Assembly: GCA_046583355.1 (NCBI GenBank)
Contig: JAYGCM010000063.1
Location: 32,001-96,000 of the forward strand
Direction of reading: 5' to 3'
DNA: 64,000 nt
DNA from: Deltaproteobacteria bacterium
GTDB lineage: Bacteria > Desulfobacterota > Binatia > UBA12015
In this document: positions 20,940 to 31,298 of the stretch, in pieces
Layout: each line of letters starts with the position of its first letter
Position numbering within the stretch: position 1 is the stretch's first letter
The notes under the pieces: model-generated
Seen by the model: the letters and a program-made list of their open reading frames with translations, nothing else
Told to the model about the DNA's origin: nothing
Databases searched by the model: none
Translations under genes and position numbers: made by a program

Positions 20940-21854
20940 TCAAAGACGGTCGTAGCGGGCCGCGAGTTCCCGCGGCTCACGCGAGCGGCCCCGGACCAGC
21001 AAAAGAACGGCGAGCGTCGCGAGATAAGGCAACATCAGCGCCAACTGGTGGGGCACCTCGAACGAACTGGCCTGCAATTCGTATTGCATGGTGCTGGCAA
21101 GACCAAAGAGCAAAGCGCCGGCGAACGCCCCCCAAGGCGACCAGCGACCGAAGACCACGACCGCAAGGGCGATAAAGCCGCGGCCGGCCGTAAGCCCTTC
21201 GACAAAGGTGGTCGCCGTCGCGAGCGCCAGGCAAGCACCGCCGAGCCCGGCGAGCGCGCCGGCAAAGAGCACGATGAGCGTACGCTCCCGCGCCACCGCG
21301 ATGCCCAGGCTCGCGGCCGCCTGCGGATGGTCGCCGAGCGCCCGGATGCGCAAACCCAAGCCGGTGCGGTTCAGGACAAAGGAGAGAACCACAACCAATA
21401 GGAGCGCCAACAAGACCAGAATATTCTGCGTAAAAAGCCCCGGTCCGAGCACCGGGATGCGCGACAGCAGCGGCAGCTCTATGGCGTCGAGCGGCGGCAG
21501 CAGAAAGTAGCCACCGCTGCCGGACTGCATGGCGCGAAAGACCGCACCGCTAGTGCCCAAAGCAAGCAGGTTGACCGCCGTCCCTACCAAAATCTGGTCG
21601 GCCAGAAGAAAGATCGAGGCAAACGCGAAGAGGCCGGCGACAGCCACACCCGTAAGGGCTCCCGCAACGATCCCGACCCAGGCCTCACCTGTGGCCTCAG
21701 CCGCAATGGCTGCGCCGAAAGCCCCCGCCAGCATCATTCCCTCCAGACCGATATTGAGGATGCCGGCGCGCTCGACCAATACCTCACCCAGCGCCGCAAG
21801 CAGGATCGGCGTGGCGAAGAGAAGCGCGGTCTGGAGAAGAAGCTCAATCGGCAT
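20940..21854 (-). CDS. Nucleoside/sugar (CUT2) ABC transporter permease
   Basis: ERAGILNIGLEG, GLRIRALGDHP, AGRGFIALA..FGRWSP. Confidence 0.9.
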   Translation of the reverse strand: MPIELLLQTALLFATPILLAALGEVLVERAGILNIGLEGMMLAGAFGAAIAAEATGEAWVGIVAGALTGVAVAGLFAFASIFLLADQILVGTAVNLLALGTSGAVFRAMQSGSGGYFLLPPLDAIELPLLSRIPVLGPGLFTQNILVLLALLLVVVLSFVLNRTGLGLRIRALGDHPQAAASLGIAVARERTLIVLFAGALAGLGGACLALATATTFVEGLTAGRGFIALAVVVFGRWSPWGAFAGALLFGLASTMQYELQASSFEVPHQLALMLPYLATLAVLLLVRGRSREPRELAARYDRL

Positions 21855-22908
21855 CTTCGACCTCCCCCGCATTCGGCGCCACAACACCCGGCACCCAGCC
21901 GCGACGCAGCGCCGCCACGATGGCAAGCCCGAGAAGCGCTGCGCCTTGAATCGCCACGGCCACAACCGACGAAACATCGGCCGTGCGCTCCATATTGGCG
22001 GCCCCCGCACCAAGCGCGCCGAAGAAAAAGGCCGCCGCAAGCACGCCAAGCGGTTCAAGCCCGCCCAATAGGGCGACGGCAATTGCCGTGTAGCCGTAAC
22101 CCGAACCGATCCGCTCGAAGAGCCGGCCCGTAAGCCCGGTTACCTCTACCGCTCCCGCCAGCCCTGCCAGCGCACCCGAAAGCGTGAAGGCAAGCACGAT
22201 ATCACGCGAGACCGGGAAGCCCGCGAGTCGTGCCGCCGCTGGGTTCAGACCAGCAGCGCGCAGGCGCAGGCCGAGTGGCATCTGCTTGACCAGGACGGCC
22301 ACCAGTGCCGTCATCACCAAGGCCACGAAGATCCCCGCGTGCAGGCTGCCGCCCGCACCAAAAGTCCAGAGCCGGGCACTCGCGGCCAGAGCATCGCTTT
22401 GCGGATAAGATTGAGCCGCCTCCTGCAGCGGCCCCGAGACGGCCCATGAGACCAGATAGAGAGCGATGAAATTGAGCAAGATCGTGGTGATGACTTCACC
22501 AACACCGCGTGCCAGCCGGTAGAAGGCCGCGATCTGCGCCCACAGGCCGCCAGCCAGCGCGCCGGCGGCCAGTGCGGCCAGCGCCTGGCCGGGGAAAGGC
22601 GGCAATTGCGTCCCCACCGCAGTGGCCGCCAAAGCGCCCATCAAAAATTGACCCTCGGCACCAATATTGAAGACACCGCTGCGAAACGCGAGGAGTACAG
22701 CCAACCCGGTGAGGATCAGCGGCGTTGCCTGCATCACGGTCGCCTCCAGGCCGTGGCGCGAGAGCACACTGCCACCCGCCAGCGCGCGCACGGCATCGAG
22801 CGGCGACGCGCCCGCCAGCCAGGCCAGGCCCGCCGCAGCCAGGACCGATAGCAAAAGCGCCAGCATGACGACCTGCGCGAAGGCGAGAATCGAGACACGC
22901 ACCTTCAT
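21844..22908 (-). CDS. Nucleoside/sugar ABC transporter permease
   Basis: FNIGAEGQ, EVITTILLN, GYGYTAIAVALLG. Confidence 0.9.
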   Translation of the reverse strand: MKVRVSILAFAQVVMLALLLSVLAAAGLAWLAGASPLDAVRALAGGSVLSRHGLEATVMQATPLILTGLAVLLAFRSGVFNIGAEGQFLMGALAATAVGTQLPPFPGQALAALAAGALAGGLWAQIAAFYRLARGVGEVITTILLNFIALYLVSWAVSGPLQEAAQSYPQSDALAASARLWTFGAGGSLHAGIFVALVMTALVAVLVKQMPLGLRLRAAGLNPAAARLAGFPVSRDIVLAFTLSGALAGLAGAVEVTGLTGRLFERIGSGYGYTAIAVALLGGLEPLGVLAAAFFFGALGAGAANMERTADVSSVVAVAIQGAALLGLAIVAALRRGWVPGVVAPNAGEVEDAD

Positions 22909-24410
22909 GCCTCGGCTCCGAGCCCGGCCATCAGGCGGCCGATCTCCTCGCGCGAACGACTCGCTACCTCATGCAGATGGCCCTCGTAGAGCACCGCTAC
23001 ACGATCCCCCAGCGCCTCGATCTCATCCAGGTCGGTCGAAAAAATCAGCACGGCGGCACCCGCCGCCGCGACCGCGCGCAGCCGGATATGAACCTGACGG
23101 GCGGCCTCGATATCCAGCCCGCGGGTCGGGTTCGCGGCCAGCACGGCGACCCGGCGGCGCCGCGCCAGCTCGCGGCCCAAAATGAGCCGCTGCTGATTGC
23201 CTCCCGAGAGCGAAGCCGCATCCGCGTGCGGATCGTCTGGTCGGACATCGAATTCATGCAATCGGGCCTGCGCCTGCGCGTCGAGTTCGGCCACCCGCAG
23301 GCGGCCCCATTGCGTCGCATCTTCGAGTTCATCGATCGAGAGAAGAAGATTCTCACGCAGCGGCAAACCCGCTATCAAGCCTTCCTTGCGTCGGTCGGCC
23401 GGAATCACCGCCAGGCCCGCGCGACGCGCGGCTGCGGCATTGTCGATCTTGCGGCCCGCCAGCCGCACCTCGCCTTGCAAAGCCCCCACCGGCATACCGC
23501 AGAAACTCGCGAGCAGCTCCTCTTGCCCGTTGCCCCAGGCGCCGGCCACGGCAAAGATCTCGCGTTCGCGGACTCCCAGCGAAATCCCGCGCAGCACCTC
23601 ACGGCCGCGCACGTCGCGCAGGTGAATATCGTCGGCCTGCAGCACGACCGCCCCCGGCTCGGGGCGCGGCGGCCTTGTCTCTTGCGGGGGCGCTTCGCCC
23701 ACCATGGCCGTCGCCAGACTTTTCTCATCGTAGGCGGAGGCCGGCCCCTCGGCGACCCGCGCGCCACGACGCAGCACGAGGACGCGGTCGGCAAGTGCCA
23801 GCGCCTCCGGGAGTTTATGGGTGACGATAATGATTCCCGTACCACCGGCGGCGAGCTTGCGCAGAATCACGAAAAGCCCACTCGCTTCTTCGGGTGTCAG
23901 CACGGCCGTCGGCTCATCGAGAATCAGCAAATCCGGCGGCGGGTCGAGTGCCTTGAGAATCTCGACGCGTTGTTGCTCTCCGACCGAGAGGTCTTCGACC
24001 GGACTTCGGGTATCGGGCAGCTCCAGCCCCAGGCTGGCGGCCAACTCCCGCGTCTCGGCCTCCAGACGCCGCCGTGCCAGAAGGCCCGTCCGACCGCGCG
24101 CCAGCGCGATATTTTCGGCCGCATTGGCCGTCGGCACCAACATGAAATGTTGGTGCACCATGGAGATTCCGGCTCGGCGCGCCTGCGCCGGCGAGCGCCA
24201 CCGCTGCGCCTCGCCCTTCCATTCCACCGCGCCTCTATCGGGCGCAAGAGCGCCGCCAACGATCTCCATCAAGGTAGATTTGCCAGCGCCATTCTCGCCC
24301 AGCAGGGCAAGAATCTCACCGCGCCCGCAGACGAGATCGACACCGCGCAGCGCGTGCTTCCCATTGAATTGCTTGTCAATGCCACGCAGCGCCAGAAGGG
24401 CGCCACTCAT
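22905..24410 (-). CDS. CUT2 ABC transporter ATP-binding protein (two NBDs)
   Basis: GENGAGKST, LILDEPT, LSGGNQQ, PTRGLD. Confidence 0.92.
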   Translation of the reverse strand: MSGALLALRGIDKQFNGKHALRGVDLVCGRGEILALLGENGAGKSTLMEIVGGALAPDRGAVEWKGEAQRWRSPAQARRAGISMVHQHFMLVPTANAAENIALARGRTGLLARRRLEAETRELAASLGLELPDTRSPVEDLSVGEQQRVEILKALDPPPDLLILDEPTAVLTPEEASGLFVILRKLAAGGTGIIIVTHKLPEALALADRVLVLRRGARVAEGPASAYDEKSLATAMVGEAPPQETRPPRPEPGAVVLQADDIHLRDVRGREVLRGISLGVREREIFAVAGAWGNGQEELLASFCGMPVGALQGEVRLAGRKIDNAAAARRAGLAVIPADRRKEGLIAGLPLRENLLLSIDELEDATQWGRLRVAELDAQAQARLHEFDVRPDDPHADAASLSGGNQQRLILGRELARRRRVAVLAANPTRGLDIEAARQVHIRLRAVAAAGAAVLIFSTDLDEIEALGDRVAVLYEGHLHEVASRSREEIGRLMAGLGAEA

Positions 24411-25774
24411 GCGCCGCCGCCCACCAATGGATGCTTATGCAGAGCCCACGCACGCGCCGCGCCGATATCTACGAGGTCGCCTTCGAGCTGGGCATCAAGG
24501 GCATCCTCCAGAATGATCTTGAGGCGCGGGCCCTCCGGGTAGCCCAACTGAAGCAAATCGCGGCCACGCAGCAGAGGCTCGGGGTGCAACTCCTCGGCCG
24601 AGAGATTTTCGTATTGCGCGCGCAGCTTCTCCCAGCGCGTCAGGTCACCGCGGCCACCCAGCGAATCGAGGCGGATCAGTTCGAGCAAGGCAGGAAAATG
24701 TTCTTCAGCGAAGAAACGCTTCAATGTCGCCGGCCGCATTTGGTCGGCTTCGGCATGGCGCAGATGGTTGGCAATCAGCCAGACGACTTTATCCCGCAAG
24801 GCATTGCTGCACCGCAGGCGCTCGCAGATCACGCGCGCCATCTCGGCGCCGCGCTCGCAATGCCCATGGAATTTGATGCGACCAGTCTCGTCACGCGTGA
24901 AACACGGTGGCTTTGCCACATCATGCAACAAGGTGGCAAGACGCACACTCGCATCATGCTCCGGGCGTAGCCCACCGATACAGCGCCGCGTATGGACAAA
25001 AACATCCCCTTCAGGATGGTGCTTCACGGGTTGCTCGACGCCGTGCATGGCTTCGATCTCAGGCAGGATTACCGCCAGCAAGCCCGATTCGGAGAGCAGG
25101 TCGAGGCCACGCGCCGCCGCACCCTCGGCGAGAATTTTGCGGATCTCGTCGCCGATACGCTCCCACGCGATCTCAGTGATTGTCGGTGCCATTTCCTGCA
25201 TCGCGGAAAAAGTCGCGGGCTCGATCGTTGCGCCCAGGCGCGCCGCGAAGCGCACGCCGCGAAGCAAGCGCAGGCGATCTTCGCCGAAACGAGCACGCGG
25301 GTCACCGATGGCGCGAATGATGCCGGCGTCCAGGTCTTTGCGGCCGCCGATATAATCAAGCAACTCGCCATTGAGCGGGTCGAGAAACATCCCGTTGATG
25401 GTGAAGTCGCGGCGCTCGGCGTCGCCACGCGCATCGGACCAGGTGACCTGGGAGGGGCGGCGGCTGTCCAGATAATCACCGTCGCTGCGGAAGGTGGCGA
25501 CCTCAAACGAGGCCGTCTCGGTCACCACGAGTATGACACCGAAGCGCGCGCCGACCGACACGGTGCGCGCGAAAAGTGCCGTTACATCGTCGGGCCGGGC
25601 CGAGGTCGCGATATCGTAATCCGTGGGCTCGCGGCCGAGTTGCAGGTCACGGACGCAGCCACCTGCAAAAAGCGCCTCGAAGCCGGCCTTGCGTAGCCGA
25701 CGCACCACCGCGGTGGCTGCCTCACGCAATGCCGCCGACGCAACCACCCCGGCTGTATCCTCTGCACCCGCCAT
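24407..25774 (-). CDS. cca: CCA tRNA nucleotidyltransferase with HD domain
   Basis: GGCVRD, DYDIAT, RRDFTING, EDRLRLLR, LLHDVAKP. Confidence 0.9.
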   Translation of the reverse strand: MAGAEDTAGVVASAALREAATAVVRRLRKAGFEALFAGGCVRDLQLGREPTDYDIATSARPDDVTALFARTVSVGARFGVILVVTETASFEVATFRSDGDYLDSRRPSQVTWSDARGDAERRDFTINGMFLDPLNGELLDYIGGRKDLDAGIIRAIGDPRARFGEDRLRLLRGVRFAARLGATIEPATFSAMQEMAPTITEIAWERIGDEIRKILAEGAAARGLDLLSESGLLAVILPEIEAMHGVEQPVKHHPEGDVFVHTRRCIGGLRPEHDASVRLATLLHDVAKPPCFTRDETGRIKFHGHCERGAEMARVICERLRCSNALRDKVVWLIANHLRHAEADQMRPATLKRFFAEEHFPALLELIRLDSLGGRGDLTRWEKLRAQYENLSAEELHPEPLLRGRDLLQLGYPEGPRLKIILEDALDAQLEGDLVDIGAARAWALHKHPLVGGGA

Positions 25775-25961
25775 CCAAAGAAGCGTCGCATGCGCGGAGG
25801 CGAAACTACAATGCCCCGTATAGCCGCCAGGGAAAATCCCCCCGCCGAAGCAGGCTTTCTCTGTTTCCACGGACTTGCAAGACACGTGTTCATTATGTAC
25901 TTGGAGGAGTCGCGCTTGGGTGTCCTGCCCCGGCATCCGGACCCACATCAAGGGAGTTCTC

Positions 25962-27146
25962 GTGAACTTTGATTTTTCGCCCGAAGAGCAGAAATTCGCC
26001 GACGAGGTCGAGGCCTGGTTGGTCGAGAACCACGACGATGAGGTGATGGACCCGCATCGCGAGAACTTCTCGCAGCTCGCCGACACGCCGGCACGGCGCG
26101 ATTTCATGAAAAAGCTCGCCGCCAAAGGCTGGCTCGGCATGTCGTGGCCCAAAGAATACGGCGGCCAGGAGATCGAGGGCGTCTACGAGTTCATCCTGAA
26201 CGAAGCGCTGTCGCGCCACGCAGCACCGCAGATCGGCAAAGGCGTCGGCATCATCGGCAAGACGCTGATCCGCCATGGCTCGGATTTCCTCAAAAAGGAG
26301 TTCCTCCCCAAGGTACTTTCGGCGGAGGTCGAGTTTGCAGTGGGCTACTCCGAGCCACAGGCCGGCTCCGACGCCGCCAATATGCAACTCAAGGCCGAGA
26401 AGGTCGAAGGCGGCTGGAACCTCAACGGCCAGAAGATGTGGACCACCTCGGCCCATTTCGGTGATTGGTATTGGGTGGGCGCTCGCACCGACCCGGACAA
26501 GCCCAAACACCACGGCATCAGCCTCTTCCTGATCCCCTTGGACAACCCCGGCCTCGAGATCCAGAGCCTGCCGACGATCGGCAAAGATATCACCAACCAG
26601 GTCTTCTTCACCGATGTCTTTGTTCCCGACGCCTACTTGGTCGGCGAGCGCGGCCGCGGCTTCCAGATGATCTCCGAAGCACTCGACCTCGAGCGCTTCA
26701 CCATGTTCACCCTCTCGCCGATCGCCGACCGCACGCGCGTCCTGGTGGATTGGGTGAAGTCGGCCACGCGCGACGATGAGCCCATCAAAAACGACCCGAA
26801 TGTGCGTCGCCTGATTTCCCATATCGTGACCGATACGGCAGTCGCCAAGGGCTTGAGCGTGCGCTTTCTCTCCGCTGCCATGACCGGCGGAGGCAAGCCG
26901 CCGACCGTCCAATCTTCGCAATACAAGCTCTTCACCACCTCGCTCTCGCAGAGGGTCTGCCGCGAGGCACTCGATATCACGGGTGCACCGGGCACGATCA
27001 TGGAGGGCCAGGACGAGGCGCCGCTGCGCGGTCGTTTCGAGGGAGCCTACCGCGCCACCGTAAACGAGACGGTCGGTGGTGGCTCCTCAGAGATCCAGAA
27101 AAATATCATCTCGCGCCGCGAACTCGGCCTGCCGAAGAATTTCTAG
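25962..27146 (+). CDS. Acyl-CoA dehydrogenase, catalytic-type subunit of an alpha2beta2 (ChsE-like) pair
   Basis: GYSEPQAGSD, NGQKMWT, ALDLER, GGGSSEIQKNII. Confidence 0.9.
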   Translation: MNFDFSPEEQKFADEVEAWLVENHDDEVMDPHRENFSQLADTPARRDFMKKLAAKGWLGMSWPKEYGGQEIEGVYEFILNEALSRHAAPQIGKGVGIIGKTLIRHGSDFLKKEFLPKVLSAEVEFAVGYSEPQAGSDAANMQLKAEKVEGGWNLNGQKMWTTSAHFGDWYWVGARTDPDKPKHHGISLFLIPLDNPGLEIQSLPTIGKDITNQVFFTDVFVPDAYLVGERGRGFQMISEALDLERFTMFTLSPIADRTRVLVDWVKSATRDDEPIKNDPNVRRLISHIVTDTAVAKGLSVRFLSAAMTGGGKPPTVQSSQYKLFTTSLSQRVCREALDITGAPGTIMEGQDEAPLRGRFEGAYRATVNETVGGGSSEIQKNIISRRELGLPKNF

Positions 27147-27183
27147 GCGTCCGGGAAATCGCGCAAGAAGAGTAAGCAAGAGT

Positions 27184-28356
27184 ATGGGAGAACGGCCCGC
27201 AGCCCTGTTTGGTGTGACCATCCTCGACCTCTCCACGGTCGGGCCGGCGACCCGCTGCGCGCGGATTCTGGCCGATTATGGCGCACGCGTGATCAAGGTC
27301 GGCGTGCCGCCGAAGAAGCTCGGCCTGCAAACGCAGCCGGCCTTCTGGAGCTACTCGGCCAACCGCGGCATGGAGCAGACGCGTATCGACCTCAAAGACG
27401 CGCGCGGCAAGGCGGCCTTCCTGGCCCTGGTGGCCCGCACGGACGTCGTGATCGAGAGCTACCGTCCCGGCGTGATGAAAAAGCTCGGCCTCGCTTTCGA
27501 CGATCTGCGGCGCGTGAATCCACGCATTATTCTATGCGCGACGACCGGTTTCGGCCAGGACGGCCCGGCCGCGCGCCAGGCCGGACATGATATCAACTAC
27601 CTCGCCAGCGGGGGCTTCCTGCATACCAGTGGTCGACGTGGCGATGGCGGCCCGCCGATCCCCGGCGCGACTGTCGCCGACAGCGCCGCCGGCGGCATGC
27701 ACGCCGCCATGGCCATCATGGCCGCTCTGCTACGCCGCACGCATACCGGCGAAGGCGAATTCCTCGATGTCTCGGTGGCCGAAGGCGTTCTATGGCTGGA
27801 GTCGCTCTATATCGACCAGCACCTGGCCACTGGCGCGACGCCGGGACCGGGCCATGACGTGCTGACCGGAAAATTTGCCTGCTACGATACCTACGCCTGC
27901 AAGGACGGGAAATGGATCTCGGTCGGCGCGATCGAAGCCCGCTTTTTCGCCAACCTGCTGGGCTTCCTCGGCCTCGAGCAATGGGCCGAGCGTCAATACG
28001 ACGACTCGGCCCAGGACGAGTTGCGCCGCGAGATGGCCGCCGCCTTCCTCATGCGTACCCGCGACGGATGGTGCGATGAATTGCCCGCCGCCGATACCTG
28101 CACCGCACCCGTTCATGCCATCGAGGAATTGGTGCAGGACCCGCAATTTGTCGCACGCGGCCTCTTCGTGGACGCCGAGCACCCCAGCGAAGGGAAGTTC
28201 CGCCAGCTCGCACCGCCGCTGGCCGGAATGGACCGCACACCCGGCACCACCGCGGTCCCCGATTGGAGCAAAACCAATACCGACGAGCTGCTGGCCTGGG
28301 CCGGCCTCGCTCCGGACGAGGTCATAAGCATGCGCGCCGACGGCGTGATCGGCTGA
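27184..28356 (+). CDS. CaiB/BaiF family III CoA-transferase / alpha-methylacyl-CoA racemase-like
   Basis: ESYRPGV, GFGQDGP, AGHDINYLA, ADSAAGG. Confidence 0.9.
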   Translation: MGERPAALFGVTILDLSTVGPATRCARILADYGARVIKVGVPPKKLGLQTQPAFWSYSANRGMEQTRIDLKDARGKAAFLALVARTDVVIESYRPGVMKKLGLAFDDLRRVNPRIILCATTGFGQDGPAARQAGHDINYLASGGFLHTSGRRGDGGPPIPGATVADSAAGGMHAAMAIMAALLRRTHTGEGEFLDVSVAEGVLWLESLYIDQHLATGATPGPGHDVLTGKFACYDTYACKDGKWISVGAIEARFFANLLGFLGLEQWAERQYDDSAQDELRREMAAAFLMRTRDGWCDELPAADTCTAPVHAIEELVQDPQFVARGLFVDAEHPSEGKFRQLAPPLAGMDRTPGTTAVPDWSKTNTDELLAWAGLAPDEVISMRADGVIG

Positions 28357-28364
28357 AGGGAATT

Positions 28365-28871
28365 ATGTCAGACCTACCCGCAGATGTTCAGGAAATGATC
28401 GGCAAGAAGCTCTACCCGGAGGTGGGCGAGTTCGATGTCGAGCGCGGCTATATCTTCTCGAGTTGTGCCTCGGTGCAAAACGGCAACCCAATTTTTTGGG
28501 ATGACGCTGCCGCACGCGAAATCACGGGCGGCTTCATCGCACCGCCGAGCATGATCTCGGCCTGGTTTCGGCCGCATTTCTGGGCGCCCTACCGCAAGGA
28601 AGAGGGCAAGCCGATGCAATCGCATTTTGACCTCAAGGAAAAACTCGGCCTGCCCGAAGCCGTGATGACCGACAATACGATCATCTTCGGCGTACCTGTG
28701 CGTGTCGGCGATCGGCTCTCCACCTACCAGGTCATCAACTCGGTGAGTGTGCCGAAAACCACCAAACTCGGCACCGGCCGCTTCTGGGAAATCGAGATCG
28801 TCTACGAGAACCAGAAGGGCGAGCATGTCGGCCGCGAGCTCTATACCGGCTTCGGTTACAAAAGGGGTTGA
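28365..28871 (+). CDS. MaoC-like dehydratase N-terminal-type subunit
   Basis: NPIFWD, IAPPSM, PKTTKLGTGRFW. Confidence 0.82.
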   Translation: MSDLPADVQEMIGKKLYPEVGEFDVERGYIFSSCASVQNGNPIFWDDAAAREITGGFIAPPSMISAWFRPHFWAPYRKEEGKPMQSHFDLKEKLGLPEAVMTDNTIIFGVPVRVGDRLSTYQVINSVSVPKTTKLGTGRFWEIEIVYENQKGEHVGRELYTGFGYKRG

Positions 28872-28874
28872 ATC

Positions 28875-29351
28875 ATGGCTGCGAATCTAACCCTCGATCA
28901 GATCGAAATGGACCAGGCCCTGCCCGGGCTCGATATTGATGTCTCAGTGACCAACGTCGTGCTCGGCGCACTCGCCACCCGCGATTGGCGCCCCATGCAC
29001 CATGACAAGGACTTCGCCGTCGAGCGCAACGGCACCCAACATATCTTCGTGAATACGCCGCATAATGCTGCGTATTTCGAGCGCTATATCACCGACTGGA
29101 CTGGCCCCAAGGGCCGTCTGGGTCGGATCAAATTTCGCATGAAAAACTCCGTCTTCCCCGGCGACACGATGCGCTTCACCGGAAAAGTGACCGGCGTGCG
29201 CACAGATGAGGCCGGCTGCGGCTGGGCCGATATCGTCGTTGCGCTGAAGGTCGGCGAGAAGATCACCACGACCTGCGAGGCCAGCATCGCCATCCCCAAG
29301 GACGCAGAAGACAACCCCTGGAAGCGCGGCGGCGCCGACTGGAAGCCGTAA
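28875..29351 (+). CDS. MaoC-like enoyl-CoA hydratase subunit (ChsH1-like)
   Basis: ALATRDWRPMHHDKDFA hydratase motif. Confidence 0.85.
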   Translation: MAANLTLDQIEMDQALPGLDIDVSVTNVVLGALATRDWRPMHHDKDFAVERNGTQHIFVNTPHNAAYFERYITDWTGPKGRLGRIKFRMKNSVFPGDTMRFTGKVTGVRTDEAGCGWADIVVALKVGEKITTTCEASIAIPKDAEDNPWKRGGADWKP

Positions 29352-29365
29352 AGGAAACAATCAGC

Positions 29366-30484
29366 ATGGATCTCGAATTCACAGAAGAGCAGCAACTCCT
29401 GCAGGATATGGCCGGCAACCTCCTCGCCGAGGAGTCATCCGTCGCCAGCGTCCGCGAAATGGAAGACGACCCGCGCGGGTTCACCGACTCGCTTTGGCAG
29501 AAAATGAGCGAGCTCGGCCTGGCCGGCCTCACCATTTCCGAGGAGCACGGCGGCGGCGGCATGACGCTGCTTGAGGCCGCGATGCTCTACGAAAAATTCG
29601 GCTACCACATGACCCCTTCGCCGCATTTCAACAGCTGCATCATGAGTGCTGGCGCGATCGCCGCGGCCGGCAGCGAGGCGCAGAAGGCCGAATGGCTGCC
29701 CAGGATCGCCAGCGGCGCGGCGATCGTCACGCCGGCCTGGATCGAGCCCGACCGCGGCTACGGCGAAGTCGGCGTCCGCATGCCGGCTGTCGCCGACGGT
29801 GAGGACTTCGTTCTCAATGGCGAGAAGCGCCACGTTGGTTATGCCAGCGCGGCCGACGCCTTCATGGTGCTCGCCTATACCGACGCCGGCGTTGACCTCT
29901 TCCTGGTGGACGCGAAATCGCCCGGCATCTCCATGAAGCATGTACTTGCCCAGGGCCGCGACCCGCAATATTTCGTCACCTTCAAAGACGTCCGCGTCCC
30001 GGCCGCGAGCCGAGTCGGTGCCGCCGGCTCCGGCTGGCAGACCTGGCATAAAACCATGCTCGACGGAATCGTGCTGCAGGCCGCTTTGGCGATCGGCGGG
30101 GCGACCAAGGCATTGGAGATCACGGTGGAATACGCCAAGATCCGCGAGCAATTCGACAAGCCTCTGGGCGCCTTCCAGGCTCTCGCCCATTATATGGCCG
30201 ATTGCTCGACCACCATCGCAGGCGGTCGCGTGCTGGTTCAGGAAGCGGCGTGGAACGCTTCGGTAGGCCGCAGTACCGAGCGCTTCGGCCCGATGGCCAA
30301 GCTCTTCTGTGCCGAGACCTACCGCGAGACCACGCGCCAATGCGAGCAGATCTGGGGCGGCGTCGGCTTCACCATCGAATACGATATTCAGATGTACTTC
30401 CGCCGCGCCAAGCAGCTCCAGCTCTCCTGGTGGGATCCACCCTACCTCGAAGAGTTGATTGCCGCCGACGTACTCGACGGCTGA
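29366..30484 (+). CDS. Acyl-CoA dehydrogenase partner subunit
   Basis: MDLEFTEEQ, REQFDKPLGAFQALAH, QIWGGVGFT. Confidence 0.9.
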   Translation: MDLEFTEEQQLLQDMAGNLLAEESSVASVREMEDDPRGFTDSLWQKMSELGLAGLTISEEHGGGGMTLLEAAMLYEKFGYHMTPSPHFNSCIMSAGAIAAAGSEAQKAEWLPRIASGAAIVTPAWIEPDRGYGEVGVRMPAVADGEDFVLNGEKRHVGYASAADAFMVLAYTDAGVDLFLVDAKSPGISMKHVLAQGRDPQYFVTFKDVRVPAASRVGAAGSGWQTWHKTMLDGIVLQAALAIGGATKALEITVEYAKIREQFDKPLGAFQALAHYMADCSTTIAGGRVLVQEAAWNASVGRSTERFGPMAKLFCAETYRETTRQCEQIWGGVGFTIEYDIQMYFRRAKQLQLSWWDPPYLEELIAADVLDG

Positions 30485-30560
30485 ATTCGGTGCCTGCGGG
30501 CACCTGATTTCGCGCGACGGCTTGCCCAGAGGGGTGGCGCTGCGCGGAGCGAGGGAAACC

Positions 30561-31232
30561 ATGAAACCCTGGATTCAACTGGCCGAGGCGATGGCGCCGG
30601 ATGGCCAAGCGCTCGTTCTCAAGCAACGTGGTCACGAATTCTCGATCTACGCCGGCGGCCGCGACCTCATGTCGAACGAGGACGAAGGGTCCTCGCGGGC
30701 ACTTGCCTCGCTTGGCTGCGCGCATATCAAGACCGGGAAAAAGACACGCGTGCTCGTCGGTGGCCTGGGCATGGGCTACACCCTGCGCGCGGCGCTCGAC
30801 GCCACAGGCCCCAACACCAGCATCGAAGTCGCGGAATTCGTTGCCGCCGTCGCTACCTGGAATACCGAATTCCTTGGGGAACTCGCAGGCCACCCCCTGC
30901 AGGATCCACGCTGCGAGCTCTATATCGGAGATGTCCGCCGACGGATCGTGACCGAGGCCGCGACTTGGGATGCGATCCTCCTCGACGTCGACAACGGCCC
31001 GAGCGCTCATGCCCATGCAGCCAATTCCGCACTTTATAGCGATCGCGGTGTCGACCAGGCCTGGCAGGCTCTGAAGCCCGGCGGTGTCCTCGGTGTCTGG
31101 TCGTTCTCGGACGATACCCGCTTCACCCGCCGGCTGGAAAAACGCGGTTTCACGGTCGAGGTAAACCCGGTGCCAGGCTCGCGCAAAGGCCGCGGCAAAC
31201 ACCACGTAATCTGGACGGCCAGCCGCCGCTGA
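30561..31232 (+). CDS. Spermidine-synthase-like SAM-dependent methyltransferase
   Basis: VLVGGLGMGYT, DAILLDVDNGP. Confidence 0.85.
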   Translation: MKPWIQLAEAMAPDGQALVLKQRGHEFSIYAGGRDLMSNEDEGSSRALASLGCAHIKTGKKTRVLVGGLGMGYTLRAALDATGPNTSIEVAEFVAAVATWNTEFLGELAGHPLQDPRCELYIGDVRRRIVTEAATWDAILLDVDNGPSAHAHAANSALYSDRGVDQAWQALKPGGVLGVWSFSDDTRFTRRLEKRGFTVEVNPVPGSRKGRGKHHVIWTASRR

Positions 31233-31298
31233 GCCTTCCACGCTGCGGGAGCTCCCGCCCGGCAATGCGCGCCGCCCGGAGCTGCCGGCTTGCCGGGT

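Noticed and set aside
24407..26152. ORF-track N-terminal extensions (cca to 26152, SDR from 32179, arfB to 32846, tetR to 42289, lhr from 57708)
   Set aside because: They overlap divergent genes or promoters; homology and RBS support the downstream starts
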